64,000 nucleotides of DNA from an uncultured Gammaproteobacteria bacterium (GTDB lineage Bacteria; Patescibacteriota; Microgenomatia; Levybacterales; UBA12049), in assembly GCA_964579845.1 (NCBI GenBank), contig CAZOHC010000001.1, positions 27,196 to 91,195 on the forward strand, in the 5' to 3' direction. Position 1 is the first letter of the stretch. Every line of letters starts with the position of its first letter. Below the pieces are notes generated by a model. That model made no database searches, was not told where the DNA came from, and worked only from the letters and a program-made list of their open reading frames with translations. Below are positions 9,974 to 20,348 of this stretch, one piece after another. Made by a program: the position numbers and the translations under genes.

Positions 9974-11268
9974 GGATAGGTATTATCGGGGCAGGCTTCA
10001 CGGGACTGAGTGCCGGATACAATCTCGCAAAAAAAGGCCATGAAGTAACAATTATTGAGAAAGATAGCCACCCGGGAGGGCTAGCAATAGGATACAAGGA
10101 GCCTGCATGGGATTGGTCACTTGAGAAACACTATCATCATTGGTTCACAAATGATGACTTCGTTCTCCGCCTCGCAAAAGAAATAGGTCATGAGGTCATT
10201 ACCAAACGACCGAAAACGTCTGTATATCTGCGGGGCAAGTTGCATCAACTCGACTCTCCTGCACATGTCCTACGTTTTTCTGAACTCTCAATCATACAAA
10301 GGTTTCGGATGGCAACAGTTCTGGGACTGCTCAGGTACAACCCTTTTTGGAAACCACTTGAAAAAATAAAAGCAGAACCGTTCCTAAAAAAAACCATGGG
10401 AGAAAAAGCGTACACCCTGTTGTGGGAGCCACAATTTCAGAATAAGTTCGGCGATTTTGTCGGTGAGGTCTCACTTGCCTGGTTCTGGGCTCGTATTACT
10501 AAACGGACGCCGTCACTCGCATATCCGAAAAAAGGATTTCTCCCGTTTGCAGAACACCTCGTCAAATCCATCAGAGAAAAAAACGGAACAGTACTCTTTT
10601 CAACCGAGGTGACTACGCTGCGTGATGAGGAGAAAACAACGATTACGACAACAAACGAAAAAGGGGAGAAGCAAACACACATCTTTGATAAAGTCATCGT
10701 AACGCTCCCGTCATTCCTTTTCGTCAAAACAACGCCGCAACTGCCTGACAGCTATGTGCGCAGTCTGAATAAACTAAAAGGACTCGGTGCAACCAACCTT
10801 GTTCTGCGGCTTAAGAAACCGTTTTTTGCCGATAACACCTACTGGTTATGTGTTTGCGAGAAAAAAAGCCCTGTCATGGCAATTGTTGAACATACGAACT
10901 TTATGGAGAAAAAACACTATAACAACGAACACCTCCTCTATCTCGGCAACTACGTCGCACCTGATCATGCATATTTCTCTATGAATGAACACGAGATGCT
11001 ACAACACTTTGATCCCTTCCTGAAAAAAATAAACCCTGAATATCAAGACAACCTTATCGGGATGAAGCTCTTTAAAGCTCCCTTTGCCCAGCCGATTATT
11101 CCGGTAAACTATTCAAAAATCCTCCCATCAATGGTTACGCCTCTTCAAAACGTGATTCTCGCGAATATCGAACAGGTCTATCCCTGGGACCGGGGAACAA
11201 ACTACGCTGTCGAACTGGGTGAGATCGCCGCAGGGCTCGTTACACAAGCACATCATGAAGCTGAGTAA
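9970..11268 (+). CDS. FAD-dependent oxidoreductase (protoporphyrinogen/amine oxidase-like fold)
   Basis: IGIIGAGFTGL dinucleotide motif, EK...GGLA, EKHYHHWF, YPWDRGTNYAV. Confidence 0.8.
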   Translation: MRIGIIGAGFTGLSAGYNLAKKGHEVTIIEKDSHPGGLAIGYKEPAWDWSLEKHYHHWFTNDDFVLRLAKEIGHEVITKRPKTSVYLRGKLHQLDSPAHVLRFSELSIIQRFRMATVLGLLRYNPFWKPLEKIKAEPFLKKTMGEKAYTLLWEPQFQNKFGDFVGEVSLAWFWARITKRTPSLAYPKKGFLPFAEHLVKSIREKNGTVLFSTEVTTLRDEEKTTITTTNEKGEKQTHIFDKVIVTLPSFLFVKTTPQLPDSYVRSLNKLKGLGATNLVLRLKKPFFADNTYWLCVCEKKSPVMAIVEHTNFMEKKHYNNEHLLYLGNYVAPDHAYFSMNEHEMLQHFDPFLKKINPEYQDNLIGMKLFKAPFAQPIIPVNYSKILPSMVTPLQNVILANIEQVYPWDRGTNYAVELGEIAAGLVTQAHHEAE

Positions 11269-12901
11269 TAAAACGTACGTCATCCTCATCATACTGCTCG
11301 TAATCGGTATTTTTCTTCGATTTTTCAATCTGGATTGGGGAGCGCCGTATTATTTTCACCCTGATGAGCGGAACATGGCATTTTCCGTTACACAACTTTC
11401 GTTCCCCGACCAGATGAATCCGAATTTTTTTGCGTACGGATCACTCCCTTTGTATGCTATCTTTTTTACCGGACTTCTCTCGAATTTTTTTACCGAATGC
11501 CGATTTGCACTCACCTCCTGTACAGTTTCGTTTGAACAAGCGATCCTCATAAGCAGATTCTTTTCAGCGTTATTTTCAGTCGGTCTTATCCCGCTTTTGT
11601 TTCTTACCGGTAAGAAGCTCTACGGGCAAATGCCGGGTCTCCTCGCTGCGACTCTGGCTACGATAAGTGTCGGTTTTATTCAGTTTGCTCATTTCGGAAC
11701 AACTGAGATGTGGTTAACATGCTTCAGTCTCCTCTTTTTTTATCTTTTACTGCATACAGAACGTCACATATCGCGTAAAATTCTGCTGCTCCTGGGGGTG
11801 ACGGCAGGAGTGCTCATCTCGACCAAGGTCTCAACCGCTGTACTTTTCATACTGCCATTTCCGGTTTTTTTATTTTCGTATAAAAAGCATCACAGCACGA
11901 CGCTTCATCAGATACGCAGAGCAGGACTCGTTTTTTTTCTATTCCTCTGGGTAGCAGGAGTGGTGTATCTGCTCACGAATCCTTTTGTAATCCTGGACAC
12001 GACAGCATTCCTAAACAGTATGCGGTACGAATCAACGCTCGCAACAGGTTCACTCCCGGTTTTTTATACACAGGAATTTTTCGATACCGTTCCTCTTTTG
12101 TATCAGTTCTCATCTATCTATCCGTTTCTTCTCAATCCTCTGGTGACGGTTTTTTTTCTTCCCGCTTTTTTATATCTGACAGTTTTCGCACTCAAACGAT
12201 TTGATAAACAGATCTTGCTTCTCCTGTGCTTTTTTCTCATACTCTTTTTCTCTCAGGCACTCCTTTTCGTGAAATGGACACGATATATGGTTCCAACCCT
12301 GCCGTTTATCTACCTCATCTTTTCAGGTGCGCTGTATAATCTGGCTGAGCAGCTTGACCGCAGTCAGCGCGTACTGATCCTTTACCGAGGCGGTCTATCA
12401 ATACTGCTCCTTGTATCAAGTTTCATTGCCGGATCCTATTTCATAACCGTTTACGGAAGAAGCGATACCAGAATTGAAGCGGCAGCCTGGGCAGAGAAGA
12501 GTATTCCTCACGACGCACAGATTTTGAGTGAAGTATACGACCTCGGGATTATTCCATTTAATGATCATTTTGCGAATGTGGCACTCTTTAACTTTTACGA
12601 GCTGGACGAAACAAGTACGGATACTACGCCTGAGCAATTATCAGCGTATATAGAAGATGCAGCGTATGTAATCTTACCCAGCCAACGCTTGTATAAAACC
12701 AGGCTTAAACAACAAGAGCGGTTTCCCCTCGGTCATGAGTTTTATACTGGCTTGAATGATGAGACTGCCTACCGTAAACTATATGAAACACACTGCGACA
12801 TGCTGTGTCAGATCGTTTACTTGGGCGACCCAGTCTTTTCGTATGAAGGAACAGCAACGGTTTTTGACCGACCGACGGTCATGATCTATCAGAAACTATG
12901 A
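11255..12901 (+). CDS. GT-C (PMT/ArnT-like) lipid-carrier glycosyltransferase
   Basis: FHPDERN, NPNFFAYGSLP, about 12 TM helices, KWTRYMVP, VFDRP. Confidence 0.8.
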   Translation: MKLSNKTYVILIILLVIGIFLRFFNLDWGAPYYFHPDERNMAFSVTQLSFPDQMNPNFFAYGSLPLYAIFFTGLLSNFFTECRFALTSCTVSFEQAILISRFFSALFSVGLIPLLFLTGKKLYGQMPGLLAATLATISVGFIQFAHFGTTEMWLTCFSLLFFYLLLHTERHISRKILLLLGVTAGVLISTKVSTAVLFILPFPVFLFSYKKHHSTTLHQIRRAGLVFFLFLWVAGVVYLLTNPFVILDTTAFLNSMRYESTLATGSLPVFYTQEFFDTVPLLYQFSSIYPFLLNPLVTVFFLPAFLYLTVFALKRFDKQILLLLCFFLILFFSQALLFVKWTRYMVPTLPFIYLIFSGALYNLAEQLDRSQRVLILYRGGLSILLLVSSFIAGSYFITVYGRSDTRIEAAAWAEKSIPHDAQILSEVYDLGIIPFNDHFANVALFNFYELDETSTDTTPEQLSAYIEDAAYVILPSQRLYKTRLKQQERFPLGHEFYTGLNDETAYRKLYETHCDMLCQIVYLGDPVFSYEGTATVFDRPTVMIYQKL

Positions 12902-14610
12902 GGAACCTGCGATTTTTTATTCTCTTTTATGCCGTTTTTTTTCTGGCCGGCATCCTTCGCCTCTATAACGTGAACTGGGATAGCGGTTTCCACATGCATC
13001 CTGATGAACGTTCCATCACACTTTCTGTGATCTCCCTCGCGTTTCCTACTAGTCTGACGGAATTTTTCTCACCAGATAGTCCGTGGAATCCCAAGTTTTT
13101 TGCGTACGGGAGCCTCCCGTTTTACCTGTTATATGTGGCAGGAAACATCGGTGGACTCCTCCAGCCTGCATTCGCGACCTATGAAAGTATTAACATTATC
13201 GGACGGTATCTTTCAGCATTTTTTGACTTGGGAACTCTTGTTTTTGTTTTTCTCATCGGACGAAAAATTCTCCCGGTGAGATATGCGTTGCTGGGTATGT
13301 TTTTTTATGCCATCAGCGTGCTGCCGATTCAGCTATCTCATTTTTATGCAGTCGATACGATCCTGACTTTTTTTATCACAGGAACACTGTATTTCCTCAT
13401 CCGGTACTATGAATCGTATTCAACAAAAGATGCAGTTCTCATCGGCTTGTTTTTCGGTGCAGCGCTCGCGACAAAGATCAGCGCAATGGTTCTTCTGGTC
13501 TCAATCGGCACGGCACTAACCGTTGATTACCTCCTGCTTATCCTTAGACAGCCGAGAAAGCAGGCAAACTATCTTCCCCATCTCCCGAAGTTTTTGCGAC
13601 GGTTCCTGAAGCACACACTGATCATTCTCATCGTTGCATTCCTAACCTTTTTGCTTCTTGAACCGTATGCGCTCATCGATTTCCCGACCTTTATCCGCCA
13701 AACTATCGAGCAATCAAAAATGACTGCGAGTGCCTTTACCTTTCCTTATACTCTGCAGTACGTCGGGAAACTGCCGTATATATATGAAATCAGGAATCTC
13801 ATGCTATTCGGGCAGGGTATCTTGTTGGGGATTCTCTGCCTCGCGGGAATACTGTTCCTGACGTATCATGCTTTTCTGAAGCAAAAAAAGGATGCATGGG
13901 CGAAAGAATTCATACCGGTCATGTACTTCTGGATCTATTTTATTATCGTCGGCAATTTTGCAATCGGCTTCATGCGCTACATGCTGCCTCTCTATCCGCT
14001 CCTGGCAGTCACCGGTGCTTTCTTCCTCTACCAAGGTGTGAAATTCTTTCCGGTCCTTAAAAGTCGTTTCTTGCTGACAGTCGGAGGAGGCATGCTGTGT
14101 CTCCTTCTTTTGATTTGGCCGCTTAGTTTTATGCAGATTTACCAAACGGAGAATACCAGAATCAGAGCCAGTAACTGGATTCACACGAACATACCACCGG
14201 GGAAAGTTCTGGGTATTGAGCACTGGGATGACGCACTTCCCCTGACCGGGCAGATGCAGTATCCGCTCGTCACTCTCACGCTCTATGATGAAGATACACC
14301 GCAGAAATGGGACGTAATCAGACAACAACTACGTGAGATCGATTACCTTATCCTGGCTTCAAACCGACTGTATACTCCGCTTATGAAATTAACCGACTGC
14401 AAATCACTTCCTCCCGGAAGATGTTACACTGACACAGCTGAATACTACACCAGCCTTTTTAACGGCTCACTCGGTTTTGAGAAAGTTGCGGATATCTATG
14501 AGTATCCGACGGTTCCTCTGACAAACATTTCCATGCCTGACCAACACGCTGATGAATCCTTTACCGTCTATGACCACCCCCGTATCATGATTTTTAAGAA
14601 AATAGAGTAA
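12898..14610 (+). CDS. GT-C (PMT/ArnT-like) glycosyltransferase, paralogue of the upstream gene
   Basis: MHPDERS, NPKFFAYGSLP, IQLSHF, FMRYMLP, DESFTVYDHP. Confidence 0.8.
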   Translation: MRNLRFFILFYAVFFLAGILRLYNVNWDSGFHMHPDERSITLSVISLAFPTSLTEFFSPDSPWNPKFFAYGSLPFYLLYVAGNIGGLLQPAFATYESINIIGRYLSAFFDLGTLVFVFLIGRKILPVRYALLGMFFYAISVLPIQLSHFYAVDTILTFFITGTLYFLIRYYESYSTKDAVLIGLFFGAALATKISAMVLLVSIGTALTVDYLLLILRQPRKQANYLPHLPKFLRRFLKHTLIILIVAFLTFLLLEPYALIDFPTFIRQTIEQSKMTASAFTFPYTLQYVGKLPYIYEIRNLMLFGQGILLGILCLAGILFLTYHAFLKQKKDAWAKEFIPVMYFWIYFIIVGNFAIGFMRYMLPLYPLLAVTGAFFLYQGVKFFPVLKSRFLLTVGGGMLCLLLLIWPLSFMQIYQTENTRIRASNWIHTNIPPGKVLGIEHWDDALPLTGQMQYPLVTLTLYDEDTPQKWDVIRQQLREIDYLILASNRLYTPLMKLTDCKSLPPGRCYTDTAEYYTSLFNGSLGFEKVADIYEYPTVPLTNISMPDQHADESFTVYDHPRIMIFKKIE

Positions 14611-14657
14611 GCGAGCGCATTTGCTACAGTAGGATATCGCATAGTACAATAGTCCTA

Positions 14658-15695
14658 ATGACAAAACGGGTCTTTATCACAGGCGGAACCGGCTTTTTAG
14701 GAGTCCATCTGGCCAGGCGTTTTTTACGGGAAAAATGGGATGTCACCCTCTATGACATCGCACCGCTTGATGCCAAAGACCTTATCGGAAAAGTAGAGGT
14801 CATAAGAGGAGATATCCGTGACCTTGCTGCCGTTAAGAAGGCAATGAAAAAGCATGACTACGTCGTTCATGCAGCAGCAGCACTGCCGATACAGCGCACG
14901 AAACAAGCGATTTACAGTGTGAATATTGACGGGACCAATAACGTCCTCACGGCAGCACTTGAACAGCATGTCAAACGAGTAGTCTTCATTTCAACAACAG
15001 CCGTGTACGGTGTTCCGAAACATTTACCGGAAAAAGAAGACAGTCCGCTTGACCCGATCGGCTACTACGGTGAATCAAAAGTTAGAGGCGAAGAACTTTG
15101 TTTTGCGTTTGAGAAGCGAGGGCTCGAGTCCAATATCATCAGGCCGAAAACTTTTTTAGGACCTGAGCGTTTAGGCGTTTTCTCGCTCTGGTTTGAGGCG
15201 ATGTTTAACGGACATAGGATTTTCATTCTCGGTAACGGCAACAATAAATACCAACTTCTCGCAGTCGAGGATGTTGTTGACGCAGTCTTCAGAGCACTGA
15301 CTTCCCGAGTTCACGGAGAGATATTTAATATTGGCGCAGAAAAATTCCAAACCTGGAGAAAGGATCTTGAGGACATTATCAGAGAACATAACTCCGCTTC
15401 AAAAGTCACCGGCCTTCCCGTCTTGCCGTCACAGATCATCCTCCGAGTCCTCGAAACTTTGAAGCTCTCTCCACTTTCAGCATGGCACTACATGACAATG
15501 CCGGTCCCGTCGTACGTCTCAACCGAGAAAGCACAGAAGCTTCTCGGCTGGCAAGCGACACAGTCAAATAAAGAGATACTTTCGACCAGTTACCGCTGGT
15601 ATAAAGAAAATCGGAAGAAATTACTGAGTCGAAAAGGAAACACACACAGAGTAGGATGGAACTTCAAACTGCTTTCGTGGGTTGCACGACTGTAA
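14658..15695 (+). CDS. NAD-dependent epimerase/dehydratase (extended SDR)
   Basis: ITGGTGFLG, HAAA, YGESK (YxxxK). Confidence 0.88.
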   Translation: MTKRVFITGGTGFLGVHLARRFLREKWDVTLYDIAPLDAKDLIGKVEVIRGDIRDLAAVKKAMKKHDYVVHAAAALPIQRTKQAIYSVNIDGTNNVLTAALEQHVKRVVFISTTAVYGVPKHLPEKEDSPLDPIGYYGESKVRGEELCFAFEKRGLESNIIRPKTFLGPERLGVFSLWFEAMFNGHRIFILGNGNNKYQLLAVEDVVDAVFRALTSRVHGEIFNIGAEKFQTWRKDLEDIIREHNSASKVTGLPVLPSQIILRVLETLKLSPLSAWHYMTMPVPSYVSTEKAQKLLGWQATQSNKEILSTSYRWYKENRKKLLSRKGNTHRVGWNFKLLSWVARL

Positions 15696-15740
15696 ACGTA
15701 CCGGATTTCTCACACCGCAGAAGTTGCGGTTAGTATTACT

Positions 15741-16307
15741 ATGAACATAGGTTTTGATTTTGATAAAGTATTTATAGATTACCCACCTGTTATTCCTGAT
15801 TATTTCTTTGATCGTTTTTATAAAAAAAAAGCAAACGGCCAACTCCTCTACAGAATTCCGTCAAAGCCTGAACAGACATTACGCCTACTCACCCACTTAC
15901 CTTATCTCAGACCGGTCATCAAAGAAAACCTGCGTTTTCTTAAAACTCTCCCGCAGGAAAAACATCATCTTTACCTTATCTCAAGCAGATTCGGTTTCCT
16001 CGAGGAGGTGACGGATCGAATTGTGAAAAAACATGGTTTTGATAAGATTTTTGATGAGCTCTTTTTCAACTTCCGAAATGAGCAACCGCATACATTTAAG
16101 AACAAGGTGATAAAAAAACTCAAACTCGACGTGTATATTGATGATGACCTTCCACTCGTGCGTTATGTCGCTAAAGATAACCGCCAAACACAGTTCTACT
16201 GGCTGAATAGTAAAATAACAGGAACTATCTCGCCTAATATTACCGCCATAACCAAGCTTTCAGATATTTCGCATACTACTCCGAAAAAAAACGCTACCGG
16301 AAAATAA
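15741..16307 (+). CDS. HAD-superfamily phosphatase-like protein
   Basis: GFDFDKV (DxD), LISSR, K, YIDDD. Confidence 0.7.
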   Translation: MNIGFDFDKVFIDYPPVIPDYFFDRFYKKKANGQLLYRIPSKPEQTLRLLTHLPYLRPVIKENLRFLKTLPQEKHHLYLISSRFGFLEEVTDRIVKKHGFDKIFDELFFNFRNEQPHTFKNKVIKKLKLDVYIDDDLPLVRYVAKDNRQTQFYWLNSKITGTISPNITAITKLSDISHTTPKKNATGK

Positions 16308-16331
16308 TATTGTATACTGGAGATTAATTCT

Positions 16332-18632
16332 ATGGCTTTAAATGAGATACTGCTTGTCCTCAGATGGTGGGGCATGTTTTTTTTGCTATCTGTGACGGTT
16401 CTTCCGTTAACTGCTGTTTTATTCCGGTCATTTTTCGATAAAGGATACATTTTCTCAAAAGCGATCAGCTTAATACTGCTCTCATATATTACGTTGCTGT
16501 TTGGCACTTTGCAGGTGTTTCCCTTTACCTCGTACACGCTGATTTTCTATTTGTTGCTCATTACCGTTTTGAGTTACTTCGGACTGAGTTTCATACCATC
16601 CTTTGAAACAGGCAGGAAACACCTGCCCGCACTTATTTCAAAGTACTGGAAGATTATCTTCGTTGAGGAGGTGCTGTTCCTGGCAGGATTGTTCTTTTTA
16701 GCGTACATACGGGCTTTTTCTCCTGACATTCACGGACTCGAAAAGTATATGGACTACGGCTTTATGAACAGTATCCTGCGTTCTGATGTTTTCCCTCCGA
16801 AAGACATGTGGCTTACTCCGTTTTCAATAAACTACTATTACTTCGGTCACTTTACCGGGGCAGTACTGACCAAGCTTTCGCACATCGCCCCGAATCTTTC
16901 GTATAACCTTATTCTTGCCGGGGTATTCTCGCTGAGTTTTACCATGGCTTTTTCACTGGGAGCGAACCTCTTCCATCTGATTGGGCTGAAAGGGCGATTT
17001 CAGCAGTTGAAAACTACCGTGGCAGGGTTGTTAACAGCATTCCTCGTCACACTCGCAGGCAATCTCCATACGATGTATGCATTCTTCAGCCCGTATGAAA
17101 ATGAGAAGCCGGTCCCTGTCTGGGAATTATCATTTCTTCCTGCATCATTTCCTAACAGCTATTGGTACCCGAATGCGACCCGATTTATCTACAACACGAT
17201 TCATGAATTTCCGATCTATTCCTGGGTCGTCGCTGACTTACACGGGCATGTCTTCGATATCCCATTCGCCCTCACGACACTCGCTTTGCTTCTCTCTTTT
17301 CTCGTAACGTTCTCGCAGAAGAACACTCAAGGATCATCGACAATGCATAAGAAGTCGTCGCTTAGCTCCATCATTCGAAATCATCCTTTTCCGATGTGGT
17401 CGATACCGATCCTCGGATTTATGCTCTCGGTATTGTACATGACCAATGCATGGGACGGCTTGATATATTTACTACTGAGCGGTTTATTTATTCTCTACAT
17501 CCATCTGGTTCTTTTTCCCCAGAAGCAGAAAAGGTCATGGAGATTTCTTTTATCAGCTCCGTTCATGTTTCCGCTCGTACTCTCAGGTTCGATCTTATTC
17601 ATCAGCTTTTCTGTCTTCTCACTTCCGTTTTCGCTTCACTTTAAGCCTTTTGTCTCAGGAATCGGAGTCCTCTGCGCACCGGAATTTCTCGTTCAAATGA
17701 AGACACTCGGTCCATTTTTATTTGAGGCAGATCACTGTCAGCGTTCTCCTTGGTGGCAGCTTATGATGCTATACGGATTTTTTTACATCTACATCTTCTC
17801 TTTTCTCATCTTCCTGTTCAAAGTACGAAAAGTCAGAATTTCTGACACCTATGTTTTGCTCCTTATTATTCTGGGTACGCTCTTGATTCTTATTCCTGAG
17901 TTTATTTACGTGAAAGATATTTACCCTGCACACTACCGAGCGAATACGATGTTTAAGTTGGTATTTCAGTCATTTATCTTATTTTCAGTTGTCAGCAGTT
18001 ATACCATTGTCCGAATCACAAGCGCGATGCGAAGCCGCACGCTCACTTTTTTTGAGAAGTTGGCATCCGTCGGCTTCATTCTGCTCACGCTGCTACTTTT
18101 AACATTAGTCGGTATCTATCCGGTCCAAGCAATTAACTCGTATTATGGCGAATTAAAACACTACGCAGGAATCGACGGAACAAAGTATCTAGAAAAGCTC
18201 TACCCGTCTGACTATCAGGCTATCCGCTGGCTTAATGAGCATGTGACGGGACAGCCGGTCATCCTTGAAGCACAGGGAGATTCTTACACTGACTATGCGA
18301 GAGTTTCTGCCAATACCGGCTTACCGACTGTCCTCGGCTGGACAGTACATGAATGGCTTTGGCGAAATTCTTATGATGTCCCGAATCCACCTGCTGATCC
18401 GAACGTGATCTACGAAGTTCCGGCACCGAGAATTGTTGAAGTTCAGACATTGTATGAGACTGCTGATATTACCGAAACCAGGCGCTTACTTCAAAAGTAT
18501 ACGATTGAGTATGTTTTCCTCGGAGCACTGGAGCGACAGAAATACCCGAGTCTCAATGAAGAGAAGTGGAACCATCTCGGCGAACGTATATTCTCCCATG
18601 ACTCCACGATGATTTATCGAGTCACCAAGTAG
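16332..18632 (+). CDS. DUF2298 / YYY-motif polytopic membrane protein
   Basis: GLEKYMD, INYYYFGH, IHEFP, DLHGH, NAWD, RANTMFK, TGLPTVLGW. Confidence 0.85.
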   Translation: MALNEILLVLRWWGMFFLLSVTVLPLTAVLFRSFFDKGYIFSKAISLILLSYITLLFGTLQVFPFTSYTLIFYLLLITVLSYFGLSFIPSFETGRKHLPALISKYWKIIFVEEVLFLAGLFFLAYIRAFSPDIHGLEKYMDYGFMNSILRSDVFPPKDMWLTPFSINYYYFGHFTGAVLTKLSHIAPNLSYNLILAGVFSLSFTMAFSLGANLFHLIGLKGRFQQLKTTVAGLLTAFLVTLAGNLHTMYAFFSPYENEKPVPVWELSFLPASFPNSYWYPNATRFIYNTIHEFPIYSWVVADLHGHVFDIPFALTTLALLLSFLVTFSQKNTQGSSTMHKKSSLSSIIRNHPFPMWSIPILGFMLSVLYMTNAWDGLIYLLLSGLFILYIHLVLFPQKQKRSWRFLLSAPFMFPLVLSGSILFISFSVFSLPFSLHFKPFVSGIGVLCAPEFLVQMKTLGPFLFEADHCQRSPWWQLMMLYGFFYIYIFSFLIFLFKVRKVRISDTYVLLLIILGTLLILIPEFIYVKDIYPAHYRANTMFKLVFQSFILFSVVSSYTIVRITSAMRSRTLTFFEKLASVGFILLTLLLLTLVGIYPVQAINSYYGELKHYAGIDGTKYLEKLYPSDYQAIRWLNEHVTGQPVILEAQGDSYTDYARVSANTGLPTVLGWTVHEWLWRNSYDVPNPPADPNVIYEVPAPRIVEVQTLYETADITETRRLLQKYTIEYVFLGALERQKYPSLNEEKWNHLGERIFSHDSTMIYRVTK

Positions 18633-18687
18633 ACACTTGGAAGCTGCACGACGTTATACACTGACTGAGACGTGTTATAATCCATGC

Positions 18688-19188
18688 ATGAATGCCTCTG
18701 ATAAAAAATCTCTCCAAAATCCGTTGCGGGTCACGACACTGACATTTCTCCTGCGGAACGATGAAATTCTCTTGGCGATGAAAAAACGAGGATTCGGAGA
18801 AGGGAAGTGGAACGGCATGGGAGGAAAGCCGATGATTGATGAGACCATTATCGATGCTGCGATCAGAGAGACTACGGAAGAAATCGGTGTGACACCGACG
18901 CAGTTAAAAAAAGTCGCAACCCTGAACTTTCATTTTCCCAAAAGGCCGGAATTTCAGGATTGGGATCAACAGGTTATTGTCTTCTTTGTCGACGAATGGG
19001 AAGGCGAACCGAAGGAAACGGAAGAAATGGCACCGAAGTGGTTTCCTATAGCAGCAATCCCGTTTTCTCAGATGTGGCCTGATGACATCCACTGGCTGCC
19101 TAAAGTCATCCAAGGTAACATTATCACCGGAGAGTTTCACTTTAATAAAGAGCTGCAGCTTGCATCTTTCTCGGTAACAGAAGAGTGA
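18688..19188 (+). CDS. NUDIX hydrolase, MTH1/8-oxo-dGTPase-like
   Basis: KKRGFGEGKWNGMGGK...AAIRETTEEIG, MWPDD. Confidence 0.85.
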   Translation: MNASDKKSLQNPLRVTTLTFLLRNDEILLAMKKRGFGEGKWNGMGGKPMIDETIIDAAIRETTEEIGVTPTQLKKVATLNFHFPKRPEFQDWDQQVIVFFVDEWEGEPKETEEMAPKWFPIAAIPFSQMWPDDIHWLPKVIQGNIITGEFHFNKELQLASFSVTEE

Positions 19189-19199
19189 GAAAAAAGACA

Positions 19200-20345
19200 T
19201 TACTCATTTGACATCGGCGGTGTCGTCGGTGTTATCGTACAGTTGCCGATGGTTATCTCACATTGGACATACTCCTGAATCTCACTGAAATCTCCGTTTC
19301 CGGCCCGCGGGATAATAACCCACTGTCCTCTGAATTCGGCCCTCGGGAGCGGAGAGTCGAGAAGTCCTGCCCTATTTTCTGCTTCATTCCCTTCATCAAG
19401 CACGATACTTTTCATTTCAGCCTTTTCCATCTTACGGGCGAGCTTGATGAAGTCATCATACTCTTCTTGTTTTATGTCAGTATCAATGCTTCCTTCCAGA
19501 ACATTATAGAGGTTAACTAACTTAAGAGGGTTGAGAATCGTCCCCAGTGAAAACACTTTATTCCGCAGCGCACTGATCACTTTTTCTTGACGCTGTGATC
19601 TGGCAAAATCAGACCCCTCTATACCCGTTGCATGTCGTGAGCGGACAAAACGAAGCGCCGTTTCACCGTCCATGGACTGTTTGCCGGCATCAAAGTGAAG
19701 ATGCTCATAACGGCACGGGAATGCTTCCAGCTGCGATGAGGCTGTTGCCCGTTTTTCAAACTCTTCCCCTTCAAACCCGCAGGTGTCTGTCTCTTTCCCT
19801 GAGATCGGATACTCATAGTCATCAAACCCACGGGCGACGTCAACCTCTATGCCGCCTACCATATCAACTGCACGGACGAATCCGTTAAAATCTACTCGCA
19901 GAACATAGTCAACGGGCTGACCTAAAACCTTCTCTACAACAGCACGGGAAAGGGTGATTCCTCCTCCTTTTTGTTTGACCTCTGCATCAGAATACGCTCT
20001 GTTTATCTTTCCGTTTAAATCAGGGATCCAAAGATCCCGCGGGAGGGAGATGAGGGTGACCTTGTTTTGTTCCGGGTCAATGCTGGCATAAATTATTGTA
20101 TCAGTCAGTAACGGACCGTCATGTTTTCCGCCTCCGATGCCAAGCAACAAAATATTCACCCGTTCATCTTTTTTATCAACTTTTTCAAGCGCGATTTCTT
20201 GCTGGAAGAACAGCTCATAGAGGACAGGGATGTATGACCCGAAACGGTACAGCAACACGCCCATGATAATGAGAAATACCACGAAGAAAAAAAGTTTGAC
20301 TCTCTTTTTTCCGCGCTTTGATCCGTGAGTGGAAGTACTTTTCAT
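19200..20345 (-). CDS. LCP (LytR-CpsA-Psr) family protein
   Basis: NILLLG, TDTII, SLPRDLW, ALRFVRSRH, SDFARSQRQ. Confidence 0.9.
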   Translation of the reverse strand: MKSTSTHGSKRGKKRVKLFFFVVFLIIMGVLLYRFGSYIPVLYELFFQQEIALEKVDKKDERVNILLLGIGGGKHDGPLLTDTIIYASIDPEQNKVTLISLPRDLWIPDLNGKINRAYSDAEVKQKGGGITLSRAVVEKVLGQPVDYVLRVDFNGFVRAVDMVGGIEVDVARGFDDYEYPISGKETDTCGFEGEEFEKRATASSQLEAFPCRYEHLHFDAGKQSMDGETALRFVRSRHATGIEGSDFARSQRQEKVISALRNKVFSLGTILNPLKLVNLYNVLEGSIDTDIKQEEYDDFIKLARKMEKAEMKSIVLDEGNEAENRAGLLDSPLPRAEFRGQWVIIPRAGNGDFSEIQEYVQCEITIGNCTITPTTPPMSNE

Positions 20346-20348
20346 AAC

